Position numbers and translations under genes: made by a program. The notes beneath the pieces are model-generated. The model made no database searches. It was not told the DNA's origin and was given only the letters and a program-made list of their open reading frames with translations. Positions 33,051-45,074 of a DNA stretch of 64,000 bases are shown in pieces (position 1 is the stretch's first letter; every line of letters starts with the position of its first letter). Source of the stretch: a virus; the IMG/VR virus record IMGVR_UViG_3300049043_000066, positions 2,424 to 66,423 of that record. One strand, 5' to 3'.

Positions 33051-33625
33051 TCATCGTAGCATCTCCTTCATTTTTTGTAAACAATGATTGAAACCATCCA
33101 CAAGTAGTTCAGTATCTACATTTTGACTTCCTGCTGCTGATTGTGGTTCAGGCAACCAATCTTCCACCAAATCCACAAACTCATCACAACAATCAAAAGA
33201 ATATCCAAGTTCATCCCTTACTCTATTGTAGAGTTTTTTTGCTTGATGTTCTTTTACCAACTTATCAACTATTTCATCCAAAGGACTTCTGGGTTTTGAA
33301 GGATCATCAAACACACCATCTTCCTTTGCTTGTTTCATAGCAGCACGCAATCCATCAGCAACTTGTTCTGGTGTTTGTGGAGTTGGTTGGAAGTCATCTT
33401 CTCTTACCTGCTCCTCATATGCTGCCATATAACCTGCTTGGAAACCCTGCCACCTCATATCATGCATACTCGGAATCAGTTTCTAATTCAGGATATTGCC
33501 CCCACCAATCTTTATATGCTTCTTCTACTGGAGTTTTAGGTTCTGCTACTCTCTTATACTTCACACCCATAATGGTTGCATATTCTCCTTCTATGAGAAC
33601 TTTTTGAGATGTCGGTTTCAGTCAT
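33051..33625 (-). CDS. Hypothetical protein (frameshifted)
   Basis: ORF 33051-33467 plus upstream PVEEAYKDWWGQYP segment. Confidence 0.5.
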
Positions 33626-33807
33626 AGTGCCTCCAATTCCTCACACAATTCTAACACATCAGCACACATAATCACACCAGGGCTTTGTTGGAGTTGGTTG
33701 ATGACTTCACGGAGAGCAGCAGCAACACCATCACGATGCCAATAAAATCTATCTTGTTGATGAGAGTTCCAAAATGCTTCCATTACCTTTCTTTCTGTTT
33801 TAGTCAT
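33622..33807 (-). CDS. Hypothetical protein
   Basis: 61 aa ORF. Confidence 0.55.
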   Translation of the reverse strand: MTKTERKVMEAFWNSHQQDRFYWHRDGVAAALREVINQLQQSPGVIMCADVLELCEELEAL

Positions 33808-34064
33808 TCCAGTTCCTCTTCTTGTTTCTCAATATCAAAGATGGCATTTAGAAATCTCAGAGTCCATACTTGGCAACTATCAAACGCATCTTTATCCTCA
33901 AAGAACCTATCCCCGATGGTTCTCATATTATAGCATTCTTTGTCTTTATCAAAGAAAGCAACGACACAACAGTGCTCTTCACCGTGACGTTTGTGGATAC
34001 CACTTGACGAGTTCATATTTGTTGTTGCATTTGCTCCAACGGAACTCTATGCTACGGAACCTCA
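33804..34064 (-). CDS. Hypothetical early protein (frameshifted)
   Basis: Follows promoter 34093-34151; ORF 33804-34016. Confidence 0.5.
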
Positions 34065-34092
34065 TAGGATTGATTTGATTGTGTATGAAGTC

Positions 34093-34151
34093 ATTATACG
34101 ACAAAGAGCACTGAGTTTCAAGTGCTCCTGTGCCAGTTCTTCAAGTGTCCT
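34093..34151 (-). promoter_or_regulatory. Early promoter motif B with stem-loop
   Basis: GGACACTTGAAGAACTGGCACA, TTGAAA-17-TATAAT, and a GAGCACT/AGTGCTC inverted repeat. Confidence 0.8.
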
Positions 34152-34205
34152 CATCATCTAGTGCCTCATTCAAATCAACACCATCCAATACTTCATCAGA
34201 CCATT

Positions 34206-34553
34206 CTAAACATCGTTCTCTTTACTTCTTCTCCAAGAATACACCTTCTCTTTACCAGTCTCAATATCCTCTACCATTTGCATTAAATGCTCAAGAAATT
34301 CTTTTGGATAAACATCATCTTCGTTAAGTGATGCCCAGAACCATTCTACGCATTCTGTTTCTGGATCATCTTCTTTCATAAGGGCATAACCATTAAAGTT
34401 TGAAGTCATTAGGTCTGCCCAGATACGGAAAGTCATACGAATACTTTGCCATCCAGTCATCCAACAATGACCAATCCAGTATTCCCACCAGTTCAAGGTG
34501 GTTTTTATTTTTTCAGTTCCCTTCAATTGTTTGCTGAACATCTTCTTCCTCAT
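34206..34553 (-). CDS. Hypothetical Trp-rich protein
   Basis: 115 aa ORF. Confidence 0.55.
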   Translation of the reverse strand: MRKKMFSKQLKGTEKIKTTLNWWEYWIGHCWMTGWQSIRMTFRIWADLMTSNFNGYALMKEDDPETECVEWFWASLNEDDVYPKEFLEHLMQMVEDIETGKEKVYSWRRSKENDV

Positions 34554-34803
34554 CTATTTCTTTCATAAAATCCCAACTCCAAGTTCTTCCCAGAAGTGTA
34601 ATATCAATGCCCAGTTTTCCTGCCCAGAAAACAATACTACAGGACATCACCAGTTCCAGAACGAAGTTGGAGATAAGGCCACGATGGCAATAATCATTCA
34701 AGGAAAAAGATACTTGAAGCAAACTCGTGCGTTTGATATTTAGGAGTTGAACATAATATTCTGTTCCAAAGTCCTTTCTTTTGTTAATTTTTAGAATACT
34801 CAT
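34513..34803 (-). CDS. Hypothetical protein
   Basis: 96 aa ORF. Confidence 0.5.
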   Translation of the reverse strand: MSILKINKRKDFGTEYYVQLLNIKRTSLLQVSFSLNDYCHRGLISNFVLELVMSCSIVFWAGKLGIDITLLGRTWSWDFMKEIDEEEDVQQTIEGN

Positions 34804-34813
34804 ACTTCTTCCT

Positions 34814-35267
34814 CTAAATTAGTTTGTTCAATCTCTTCTTTGGTGTACTCCCAATCACCTTTAATCTTTGGTTCTGATTGTTTATAGTATTGAACAATTT
34901 TTCGTTGGTGGATTTTTCAATCTGGGCAATCTCTTCCTCACGAACCTGCCACTCCTTGAACTTCTCTTCAAGATGTTCATCCATCGTCAGTTCATATTCC
35001 TTACAAACCTGACGTTGTACTTCTTCACTCACCCAATCACTAAACACCAGAGACATTGCACCACTTACGGATACTTACGGGATCCATACCCACACACAGC
35101 AGGAACTTTTCAAACAACTTAAAGTATTGATTTGCGTTGAGATCGTGTGCTGGTGCTTCAATGACGAAGTGCTCTTCTGGAAGAAAGTCATCAACAAAAG
35201 AAGGTGAATTATAGTTTGATGTCCAGGTACTATCAAACTTTATGGTGACAGTGGCGTTGTAAGACAT
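34814..35267 (-). CDS. Hypothetical early protein (two ORF fragments, probably one gene)
   Basis: ORFs 35040-35267 and 34814-35056 join by a frameshift. Confidence 0.55.
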
Positions 35268-35290
35268 AATGAAGGTGTTTTGATAATCAA

Positions 35291-35348
35291 AGTATAAGGT
35301 GTTTTGAAGCAGAAATCAAGAGGCAGTGTGCCAGTTTGAAAAGTGTCT
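35291..35348 (-). promoter_or_regulatory. Early promoter motif B
   Basis: GACACTTTTCAAACTGGCACA and TTGATT-17-TATACT. Confidence 0.7.
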
Positions 35349-35350
35349 AC

Positions 35351-37504
35351 TCAAAAACCAGTTTTTTTCATATCTTTTTCTAACTGAATAATTTTATCAT
35401 CAATCAATTCCATCGCAGATTTAATTTTAGGTTTTCTTATAAATCTTGCTGCTGTCTTTTTATTTCTGCTTTGCAACTTCAATTTCTTTTTTGGTCTATC
35501 AATTTGATTGATATAATCAACAGAAAGTAATTTTCCAAACGAGAGTGTATCTTTAACATTCTTTAAAAGTCTTTGGATCTGTAAGTTTAATGTTTCTTTT
35601 GATTGTTTGTTGAAGTTTTTTAAAAAGTTTTTGGTTTTCTGGAAAGTGGGTATCAATGTACAAGTCGGAAGTTTTAATTAACAAATCATTTTTAATTTCT
35701 TTTTCTTTAAATGCTCTTTCGTCTGGTGATAACGTTGATAACTTCAAAGAAGTTTCAAATTCTAATAAAAGATATTTTTTGATGGGCCCTGGAAGAGATC
35801 TAATTTCGTCCATTAATAGATCAAACTCATTAAATTTTTCTGTTTGATCTTCCTGTTCTTTCCTTTTAAATTTTTCAAAAAGAGTTTCTTCTTTTACAGA
35901 TTGATTTTTATAATTTGGTGCTAACTTTTGAGCATCTTTTGCAGGAATAACTGTTTCAAAATGAACTATAGGGGCATCTTTTCCAGGAGTTCCAGGAACT
36001 AATCCATATAAAGATTGATCAAAAAAGGTTTGTATATTTTCCGATGCTTCTTGTTTTGCTTTTTCTCCACCCAAAGCACCAGCAATTCCACCTATAACAT
36101 CAACAGTTTGTTTTACAACTGGTTTATTATAAATGTTTTCAGATGGACCAAATCCATAAGTATCTGGAATATGAATGTTTCCTTGTTTATCAATGTACGG
36201 TTTTCCAGTAATATTATTGTGGGTTCCCTTTGCTCCTATATTTCCTCCACCATCAAGTCCCTTACTAGTTTGCATTTGCAAATATGGTCCGATAGGTCCA
36301 TTAACTTTAGGATCATATCCTCGTAAAAGATATTCTTGCGTTGATGACGATAATGTATTTTTTAATGGATTATTTTGAGTTCCCAAAGATCCAGAAGGAA
36401 GTGTGTAACGTCCATCAGAACCTTTAGTACCCCATTGAGATCGTGAAGATTCCAAGACATTTTGTACGTTAGATAGCAAATTCATTCCATCTTTAATTCC
36501 ATTAGTTATTTTTGTTATCTCTTTTGATGTTTTTATTTCTGCTGATCTAATATTGGTTCCAATGTTATTGATTGCTTTTTCTGCATTTCTACCAAATTCA
36601 GAAAGTGCTTTACCCTATATTTTGTACAAATTCAATCGTAGATTTAATAAATCCAAGGATAATAATTTGGATCTCCCAGTGCATTTCTACTTAAAACAAT
36701 GGGTTTAGGAGGACCTTGTGGAACACCAGGAATTGCAGGAACTTCAGGGAGCTCCTGGATCAGTCATAATTCTATTAGGTAGAGGATTACCATTCGCATC
36801 AGCAGCAATCCATAATGTATATGGATATAAAGCATAATCTGCTTTTGGGGTGCTGGTATTTGAAAGATTTGCTGGTGAATATTGTATTCCGCCCTTACAA
36901 CTTCCAAAAAGACAATCTAATGATCCCCAAAGATAAATTGTTTTTGTTATTTTACCAGGATAAGGGCCAGTTATAATAGAGCTTGGTGCATAAGCCTCTC
37001 CCAAAGGAGTATCATAATTTCCAAAAACACCAACTGAAGCTGCTAAAGTAATTCCACCACTACTAAGATATCCAACATAATTAGTAGATAACCACCCATC
37101 ACGAATTATAAATCCAACTGGAGTAACACCCGCAGGATATGTACCTTCAATTTGTCGTGTTGCTGCAACTTGGTTTCCATTATAAGTTGTGTATAAGTTG
37201 CTAGGTATATTCACTGGAGCATCTGGATTACTACCATCTCCTTGACTTGGCCAACTAAAATCATCTGGATTAGAAATACCACCAGTTACATTTTCATATG
37301 TTGGTGGAACTGCTGGGATTGCAGGAACTTCTGGAATTGCAGGGTCTCCAGGGGCAAATCCTGTAATAGTATAAACTCCTGAGGTGCTATTTGTAATTGC
37401 CTCTCCAAGAGTTTTCTTAATTGTTCGTCAAGTTCCTTTATCTTCTTATCAACAGGAAGATTTGGTTTTTTATATTTTAAAACTTTACTAAACGTTCCCA
37501 TCAA
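35351..37504 (-). CDS. Large hypothetical late protein (several frameshifts)
   Basis: ORF fragments 37286-37504, 36744-37214, 35553-36485 and 35351-35656 are collinear; ATAAATA late promoter upstream. Confidence 0.5.
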
Positions 37505-37534
37505 TAAATTGCTTTTAGATATTTATTTTAATAC

Positions 37535-38228
37535 TTAACTGATTGGAAAAATCCATTCTTTTCCACGATTGCTGTTGTTGAGATCCACGAAATCTCCACA
37601 GCACATATATTCAATCTTATCAATCTTACGCATATTGTTATGATGAATGTGTCCTACAATGATGCCCTTATAATCACCCTTCTGCCTACAATAGTTTGCT
37701 AAATCAGTTTCATATTGATTGATATATCTTTTACCACGAATGGTATTTTTAAGTGCATAAACCAATGAGAACCTAAAAATCTTTTCCAGAAACAAACTTA
37801 GTGGAGTAATCAGTTCATATCCTTTATTGAATACCAGTTGCTTCCAGGAACCAGAAGAGAACTCTGAATGTCTATCTCCGTGAGTGCAAAGATACTTATC
37901 ACCATCTTGAGTTTTATAAACATACTCCTCAACCATCTTAAAGTTTTTATGCTCAAACGGACAATATCTACGTCAACATTCCTTCGTGATTTCCAGGAAT
38001 ATAAACAATCTCTACACCTTTTTTAGCAAGGTTCAGGATTTGATGCACACATTCAGTATGTTCTTTTTTCCAGTGTGTATTATACTTTTCCATACACTGA
38101 ATATCAATAATATCTCCAACCAACACTAACTTCTTGGTTTTGATTTCTTTGAGAAACTTGAGAAGTTTTTTGGTATTACATCTGGTAGTTCCAATGTGCA
38201 AATCACTCACAAAGACTGCATCAAACAT
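37535..38228 (-). CDS. Calcineurin-like metallophosphoesterase (LpxH / UDP-2,3-diacylglucosamine hydrolase-like), frameshifted
   Basis: SDLH, GDIID, GNHE, HGD and GHIH motifs. Confidence 0.8.
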
Positions 38229-38464
38229 TATTCTTTTCCTCCATTTCTTTCATCAGTTCTTTTGCGATTTTCATCGAACTGACGATGCATACTATATCTA
38301 ACCAAGGCGTCTTTGGGTGATACATAACAATCCATTTATATTTCTCATACTGAAATTGAAGTAATCTGAATCACGAATAAAAATGCCTTTGCAACATTCT
38401 GATCCGTACAAATCAGATATGCAGCAAAAGCAAACAGAGTAAAGTAAATGTATTGTGTCGTCAC
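38228..38464 (-). CDS. Hypothetical membrane protein (frameshifted)
   Basis: Reconstructed MTTQYIYFTLFAFAAYLICTDQNVA... Confidence 0.45.
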
Positions 38465-38670
38465 TTAATGATATTCCAGTGCGGGTCATTTTGCTTGCTT
38501 AACCAGAAACAATACCTTTTGTTAATGGATACAACAAAGAATTGAGTATCAGTCTCTTGCTCTACTTCCATTGCGTGTAGAGAATCCATCATATTGCAGA
38601 ACCTGTTGCGGGTCTTTGATGTCTTTGGAGCAACGTTGATAAGATGACGTTTGATTTTCATAGAGTTCAT
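38461..38670 (-). CDS. Conserved hypothetical cyanophage protein
   Basis: NVAPKTSKTRNRFCNMMD...SINKRYCFW...DPHW; follows a consensus promoter. Confidence 0.65.
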   Translation of the reverse strand: MNSMKIKRHLINVAPKTSKTRNRFCNMMDSLHAMEVEQETDTQFFVVSINKRYCFWLSKQNDPHWNIIK

Positions 38671-38698
38671 AAGTATTATCAAGAACCGGACAAAGGTT

Positions 38699-38727
38699 AT
38701 TATACAGGGTTTTGAGTGTGTTGTCAA
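38699..38727 (-). promoter_or_regulatory. Consensus sigma70 early promoter
   Basis: TTGACA-17 bp-TATAAT, perfect match. Confidence 0.85.
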
Positions 38728-38732
38728 GTGGT

Positions 38733-39673
38733 TTATGTCAAATAACGAATGATAACGAATCCAGAAACCACCAGATCCACCAGTTGGTCTAGAAGGAGCA
38801 CCATTATAACCACCGCCACCACCTCCACCACCCGGTGTTTGTTGTTCCAGGAGTGGCATTTGGAGTCCTGGCTTCCTGTCTCTGCCGCCACCTGCCCCCC
38901 AGTTCCAGCAGCAACAGTTCTGGTTGTATCATCACCACCGCCACCACCACCAGCAAAGTATCTTCCTGGATTAGGTCCTGGTGTTCCATAATCTGATGGA
39001 GCCCAAGGATGTGGTGATCCTATTCCACCATTACCTGATTTGGGTGGAGATAAAGAACCTGGGTCTCTCCAGCACCGCCGCCACCGCCACCACCAGCACA
39101 ATACTTGTTGGAGATCCTCCAATCACATTGTATCCACCGGGATTCCTTCTGGGGGAGCTATGCACCAGCATTTCCAGAACCTCCATCCTGGCCCTGGCAA
39201 GTTCCGGCATGGGAATCTCCACCACCAGACCCTCCATTTCTACCGAGGTCAGCATTTCTGATCCTCCACCACCACCCGCCAGTAGATGTTATTGGACCAA
39301 ATACTGAAGGAGTTCCATGGCTCCATATGCGACGAAGCGATCAGGCAAGATCCAGATCCTCACCCAGCCAATCAGTGATCGTATAAGGTCCTGGAGTTAT
39401 AGAAAGGTTTCCAGTTCTATAACCACCAGCACCACCAGCCACCCGCAATTGTATTTCCTCCTCCACCACCACCAGCAACTACGAGATATTCAGCATTACC
39501 AGGAACCCGACGATAATACTAAAGAACCTGATGCAGTAAAGGTATGAATTGTGTATAATCCACTGGTGGTTTTTGTTCCACCAGTTGCTATAATAGGTGG
39601 TGGTGTAGCACGCAAGACCAGTAACTCCAAACTGTTTTACAATAGATGCCAAAGAAGTAACGATAGGAGCCAT
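38733..39673 (-). CDS. Glycine-rich virion protein (frameshifted)
   Basis: ATGG...IHTFT..G, GGGG runs, C-terminal GSGFVIIRY. Confidence 0.7.
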
Positions 39674-39676
39674 AAA

Positions 39677-40680
39677 TCAGTACCTTCTATATCCGCCGTT
39701 TACGTTTGAGAGTAACTTATAGTTCAGTGTTGATGCCGCAGAACCAATTGTATTAATACCAGTAAAGTTAAAGACATCAAAACCAGTTGTGCTTCCTGTT
39801 GCAACAGTTCCTGATGCATATGAGATACCAGTTTGCAATCCAGCAGAAACAGCAGCACTAAATGCAACACCATTTAATGTTACATTGGTACAAGCATATG
39901 CAGTTGTGCTTTGGTTTACAATGACTGCAAATGAGATTGCACGATTATCAAAGGAACTATCAGTAGGAATACCGTGACGTTAAGAGTAATTGCACCTGAT
40001 GGATTAGTACAGATCGCAACATTACCACCACCAGTATTATAAACAAGACTTACAGTATTACCACTTAACGATTGTTGTTCTGTCTGCGATTGATGAAACT
40101 CTTAAGTCAGTTGTAGAGGTAATACCAAGAGTTGATACTCCAACAACAATATTTGGAGTGCCAGAAAGACCAAAAGTATTGCAAAACTTGCAGTAGATGC
40201 AGTTCCTGTTAAGTTACCAACAAAACTTGATGATGTTGTAATACCAGTGACATTTAGATTGCCAGAAACATTCCAAGAGTTCCATCATCGGTAGTTCCAT
40301 TGGGAATTGTAGTGGTTGGAACAGCAGGATTCCAGAGTTGGACTGCAGGAGAAGAACCACTGGCAGGTGCAATGGTTGAACTTAATATTTGAAGAAGAAA
40401 CTGTATAGTCTACGGTTGGTTTTTGTACTATACCACCAAGATTTACAATTAATGATTGTGCATTTGGTGAGAGTGATTGCAGTTCCAGAAGATGTCAGTG
40501 CAAAGGTTTGAGTTGATCCGTTAAATGATGCGCTAATGTCACCAATAATTTTAACGATTATTTTGAACTTGCGGCACTATAACTTTTCCATAGAGTTCCA
40601 TCCCATTCATAGGAAAATCCAGATGTTGTGTCGGTAAAAACCCTACCTATACCAGGATTATTTGGAAAATCGAGTGCCAC
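39677..40680 (-). CDS. Tail-fibre-like structural protein (frameshifted)
   Basis: MALDFPNNP...TDTTSGFSYEWDGT; paralog of 45075-46050. Confidence 0.6.
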
Positions 40681-40711
40681 TTCTTTTGTCCTTTATTTTA
40701 TTTATCTGTCT

Positions 40712-41337
40712 TCACATATTTATACTTTGGTGCTCTGGTAATTGTGGAAGTAGATCAAAGGAAGATTATTGTTCTAATTTTATTAGATATATTTGGTGTC
40801 ACATAATGTAATGTATAAGATGGGAAGATAACAAGAGTTCCTTCTTTAACATCTTGTGGAAAAACGTTTTAATCCAGATAGGCCAATCAGCATCATCACC
40901 AGTTAAGATTAGTGCTGATATGAACCGTCACAGAAATCTCACAGGCATCACGATCTGCATGACGGGTAAGTTCTTGTCCTGGGAAGTAGTATCTGTCGTA
41001 ATAATAAGTATTATAAAGTTTCCTACCCAGTTCTCTCCAAGCTTCATACTGAATACCAGCAATGAATCTCACGGTATTGTGGATGCCAATAACGCGCCAG
41101 CGACCCCTCTACCTGCATCTCCACTTCACTATGCGTAAACTGGTCCATCTTACGACCCCACCAGTTCATCTGTCCTCGTTCTGGTGGAAGAGGGTGATAA
41201 AGTTCTTCTGGAATCCCATAGGTTTTTGATAACCAGGTATCCATTCTTTTCAAAACTTTCGTTGTGTGTCCAAGCAGTTCCAGTATTTTGATCGTTCTTG
41301 GAACATTCAACTGCATTTCGCTCATTTGTTCTGCCAT
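40712..41337 (-). CDS. 2OG-Fe(II) oxygenase (possibly a hybrid of two paralogs)
   Basis: HADRDACEISVTV...WPIWIKT, then EGTLVIFPSYTLHYVTPN...RTII. Confidence 0.6.
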
Positions 41338-41345
41338 GATTTACC

Positions 41346-41977
41346 TCACTTCCAACGGTGGTCCAACGCAGTCCAACCCAACAAGGGATTTTACGGGTTC
41401 CTTTTGTAACTTTAAGAACTCTATGTTGGGTGCGTGAATCAAACAGAATCACAGTTCCACGCTTTCGGGGTGCAATGTAACTGTTACCTGCTTCATCAAG
41501 CAGTTGAAGATTACCACCCTCATAATCATCAGGGTCAGAAAGTTGCACCACGAACGAAAGTTTCTGTACAAGTTCAATATTCTCATTCACGATAATCTTG
41601 TGCCAAACCATCTCTGACGATTACCAACGCTTACAGGTTTGTATTGTGTTGCAAGTCCTGCGTCATTATGCCATCCATAAAACTGCCCTTCAGTGTACTT
41701 CGTGAACTGCATTGACTCACCATCAATACAGCGAAGGTCATACAGGAAGTTTTCACGGTTTGCTCGTCTCAATGTAGTGCCATACAAATCCACCAACCCA
41801 ATGTGTGGTGGGAATCCAGGCGTTTTGTGAGTTGCGTTTATCTTTGTTTAGGGCATCGCCATGCAATCTGGAGTCCTGCCATTTGTTCTTCAAACTTTTC
41901 TGATAAATTCTTGTTCAATAATATCTACTACGTCCTCTGGGTAGGTCGCTGAAAAACCATATACTTTGGTACGCCAC
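41346..41977 (-). CDS. PKHD-type 2OG-Fe(II) oxygenase (frameshifted)
   Basis: QFTKY..GQFYGWHND...KLSFVVQLSDPDDYEGGNL...FDSRTQHRVLKVTKGTR. Confidence 0.85.
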
Positions 41978-42121
41978 CTGTGCTCTCTCCTATAACGTAT
42001 TCAGGTCTATTATATATCAGTTCTTAAAAAAAGGAGAGTCCATCTATTAAAAAGGAGAGACATTACTGCCTCTCCTACCCGAAAAGTACCACCCAATCAG
42101 GTATTAGTATTTATCACTCCT

Positions 42122-42547
42122 CTACGGTGCTTCTGGTGTTTCTAGAACCCATCCGGTGGTGTTGTCTGCCTGATATGCTTCTTCGTTCCATCTATAAAAA
42201 CTTCTAGAAGCAATTTCTTCTTCAGTTAGTGCAGGAGCAGGACCAACAGGTGCTTCCCAATCAGCAGTTTCGTTATTCAGAACCCAAGAAGCAAATGGGT
42301 TGTGGTGGGACGAAAGCATCAAGTTCTTCGTTGTAGAGTATACGAAATCCCTGCGTATCTCACACGGAAGTTATTGTTATAAGAAGTCTGCTTCCAGTTG
42401 GTATCAGCACCAAGAAGTTTCTTACAGAAAGCAACTCCGATTTCTTCTACTTCGTTTCCATTTACATCTTTGAATATCGTCATTTGATACAACGATAACT
42501 TGTGTAACGATGTTGTCTTTCATCTAACGCTGAGCAAAGTGTGCCAT
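42122..42547 (-). CDS. Small tail-associated protein (MAHFAQ family)
   Basis: MAHFAQ..ENNIVTQVIVVSN...WKQTSYN...WVLN..TADWEAPV; adjacent to a Gly-rich gene. Confidence 0.7.
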
Positions 42548-42604
42548 TGGTCTTCTTATATGAATGAATAATAGTGTGAAAGTATTTATTATATCACAAA
42601 GTTT

Positions 42605-44624
42605 TTATGATGGAAGGCAATGAGTGACAATACCTGGAACCACCTTTAGATCCAACAGGGTCACCTGTTAGAGATACTGGACCAGTCCCCCCTCCACCAC
42701 CAGAACCAGTATTTTCTAGTCCACCAGTTGACAGATTGATCGCCTAGATGTTCCATTACCTGGGCTACCAGCATAAGGTCCCCCAAAACCACCGCCAGTT
42801 CCTCCACAAGAAGAACCATTATATGCACTTCCACCTCCGCCACCACCAGCAACCCAATAGTTTCAACCACCAGGTCCTAGAACTGTCCCACACTACCACC
42901 TCTTGAGGTGTTGGATTTTGGAATGTTGCAGGAAGTTGGATACCAATACCACCAGCACCGCCTGGAAGTGTTGCCAGGTACCAGGACCATCTCCTCCAGT
43001 GCCTCCTGCACCACCGCCGCCGGCCACCAGTCTCCTCCAGGATTCCTCCAGCAGATCCAGATCCCACCAGCATTCCTTGTCCCACTTGTTGCCAGCATCT
43101 AGGTCCTCACTGAAGACTGTGGACCTCCAGCATTACCACCTCCAGTACCACCAGGATTTCCTATTGTTGAATATGGTCCAACATCATATCCGCCACCTGT
43201 CCACCACCAGTTGCAGATAGGAGTACCAAAATAAGATGGAGTTATGCACCTTGAACCAGCAGAAACATTATTGCAGTTGCTGCACCTGCTCCAACCTGAA
43301 CTGTAACAGCAAATGGTGCCTCCAGGAGATACTCGTTGTTGTAGATGTTAAATACCCTCCTGGCACCACCACCACCTCCACCATATCCTGCACTTGCACC
43401 CACCTGCACCACCACCACCAACAACAACATATTCTACTGATAAAGGTGCTCCAGTAGTATTATTAAAAGTGCCAGTAGCCGGTAAAAGTATGAATAGTCT
43501 TGCCACCAAAGAAACTAATAAGACCACCAGTTGCTTTTGCGGCTGCTGTGAGTTGTCCTATTTGGTAACGGACTACTACGATACCAGAACCACCAGTACC
43601 GCCTTGTCCACCGGGGTTTCGTGGCTGGAGCCACCGCCTCCACCACCGCCAGTTGCATAACCCGATTTCGCCACTTACTCCAGGACCAGCTGTTCCGGTG
43701 GATTGATCACTATATCCACCTCCACCAGTACCAGCAGTACCACCTTGTAAAGAAGCGCCACCGCCACCACCGAATCCACCACTTCCAGCAGTTCCTGTTC
43801 CAGTTCCTCGAGAACCTCCTCCACCACCAGCAAATCGCGTTCCGGCGGCGCAGGCGGCAGAGTTGGTGCTGTCGCAATATAAACCGTAAATCGAGCACCA
43901 CCATTTCCTCCTTGTGGAGAAGATTCGATCTTGACCTACAGCAGATGCTCCACCACCCCCACCAGCAGAATTATTTAATGGCGCAAGTCCCGGGACCACT
44001 CAGGATTACCTTGTCCTGGGCGCTTCCCGCAGTTCCAGTTCCAGGACCGTGACCCCCATACCACCACCAGATCCAGCAGGTGATGGACCTGCGCCACCTT
44101 GAGATCCACCACCACCACCGCCGACCGTACTTACTGGTCCAAAAGCAGAAGGATTTCCACCAAGTCCAGGAGTTGGTGCAGCACCAGATCTTCCTGCACC
44201 ACCAGCACCGATAGTTACTGAATATGGTGCAGGAAAAACTGCTGGAATTGGAAAAGCAGATTGTCTTAATGGAGCAGGAATATCGATGATTCTGGGAGTA
44301 ACCACTGCTCCTCCGCCACCACCAATGTGATTTCCTCCTGCACCACCACCAGAAACTACAAGATATTCTACGCCTGCTGGGTCATAAGAACCAGGACCCG
44401 TTACGTTAAAAGTTCCTGTTGATGTAAAGATGTGTGCCTCATAAATGTTACCAGTTCCCAGGATCAGTATAATCACTAATCACACCACCAGTTGCTGTTA
44501 GTCCCGTATAAACATTAACACTACTCGCACCACCACCTCTTACAAAAGTATTCCTAAAATACTCTAATAAGTGCCCATCACTTCTATTATTCTGTGTCGT
44601 ATTCCTGGAACTCTTTGCACCCAT
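42605..44624 (-). CDS. Glycine-rich virion protein with two repeated domains (frameshifted)
   Basis: AHIFTSTG...GIVVVRY, then KATGG...IHTFT... Confidence 0.7.
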
Positions 44625-44639
44625 TCTACTTACCTCTTA

Positions 44640-45047
44640 TTAGATATCAGTATCACCAAGGATTTGATAGTTTACGACACTACCAATACCTGCTCCTCCA
44701 ACTGTGTTGCTGGTTGTGTAACTTCTACAACAATCTTTTCTTGGTTAGTGAGAACCAATGGATAGTTCATTTCAAAGAAGAAAGTTTCGTTTGCATGTTA
44801 AATCAACTCTTGCAAGACGATAAGCAGTCTGTCCAACACCAGAAACTGCAACACTACTTGGATAAACGTAGAGAGATGAAGTAGCAGTTGCAAGTCCAGT
44901 ATTATGCATCACCACACCACGAAGATAAGTGGTTGATGCAATACCAACTCCACCAGCAGTTTGAGTGGTTCCAACAGTTAAGATGCCTACTGTGTTGATA
45001 CCAGTGATTGCTTGAATACCTAATAATTTAGTTCTCTTAAGTGCCAT
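44640..45047 (-). CDS. Small structural protein (MALKRTKL family)
   Basis: Paralog of 63041-63444 and 47403-47742. Confidence 0.65.
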
Positions 45048-45074
45048 CTTACTTCTTTTTTAGTTATTTATGTA

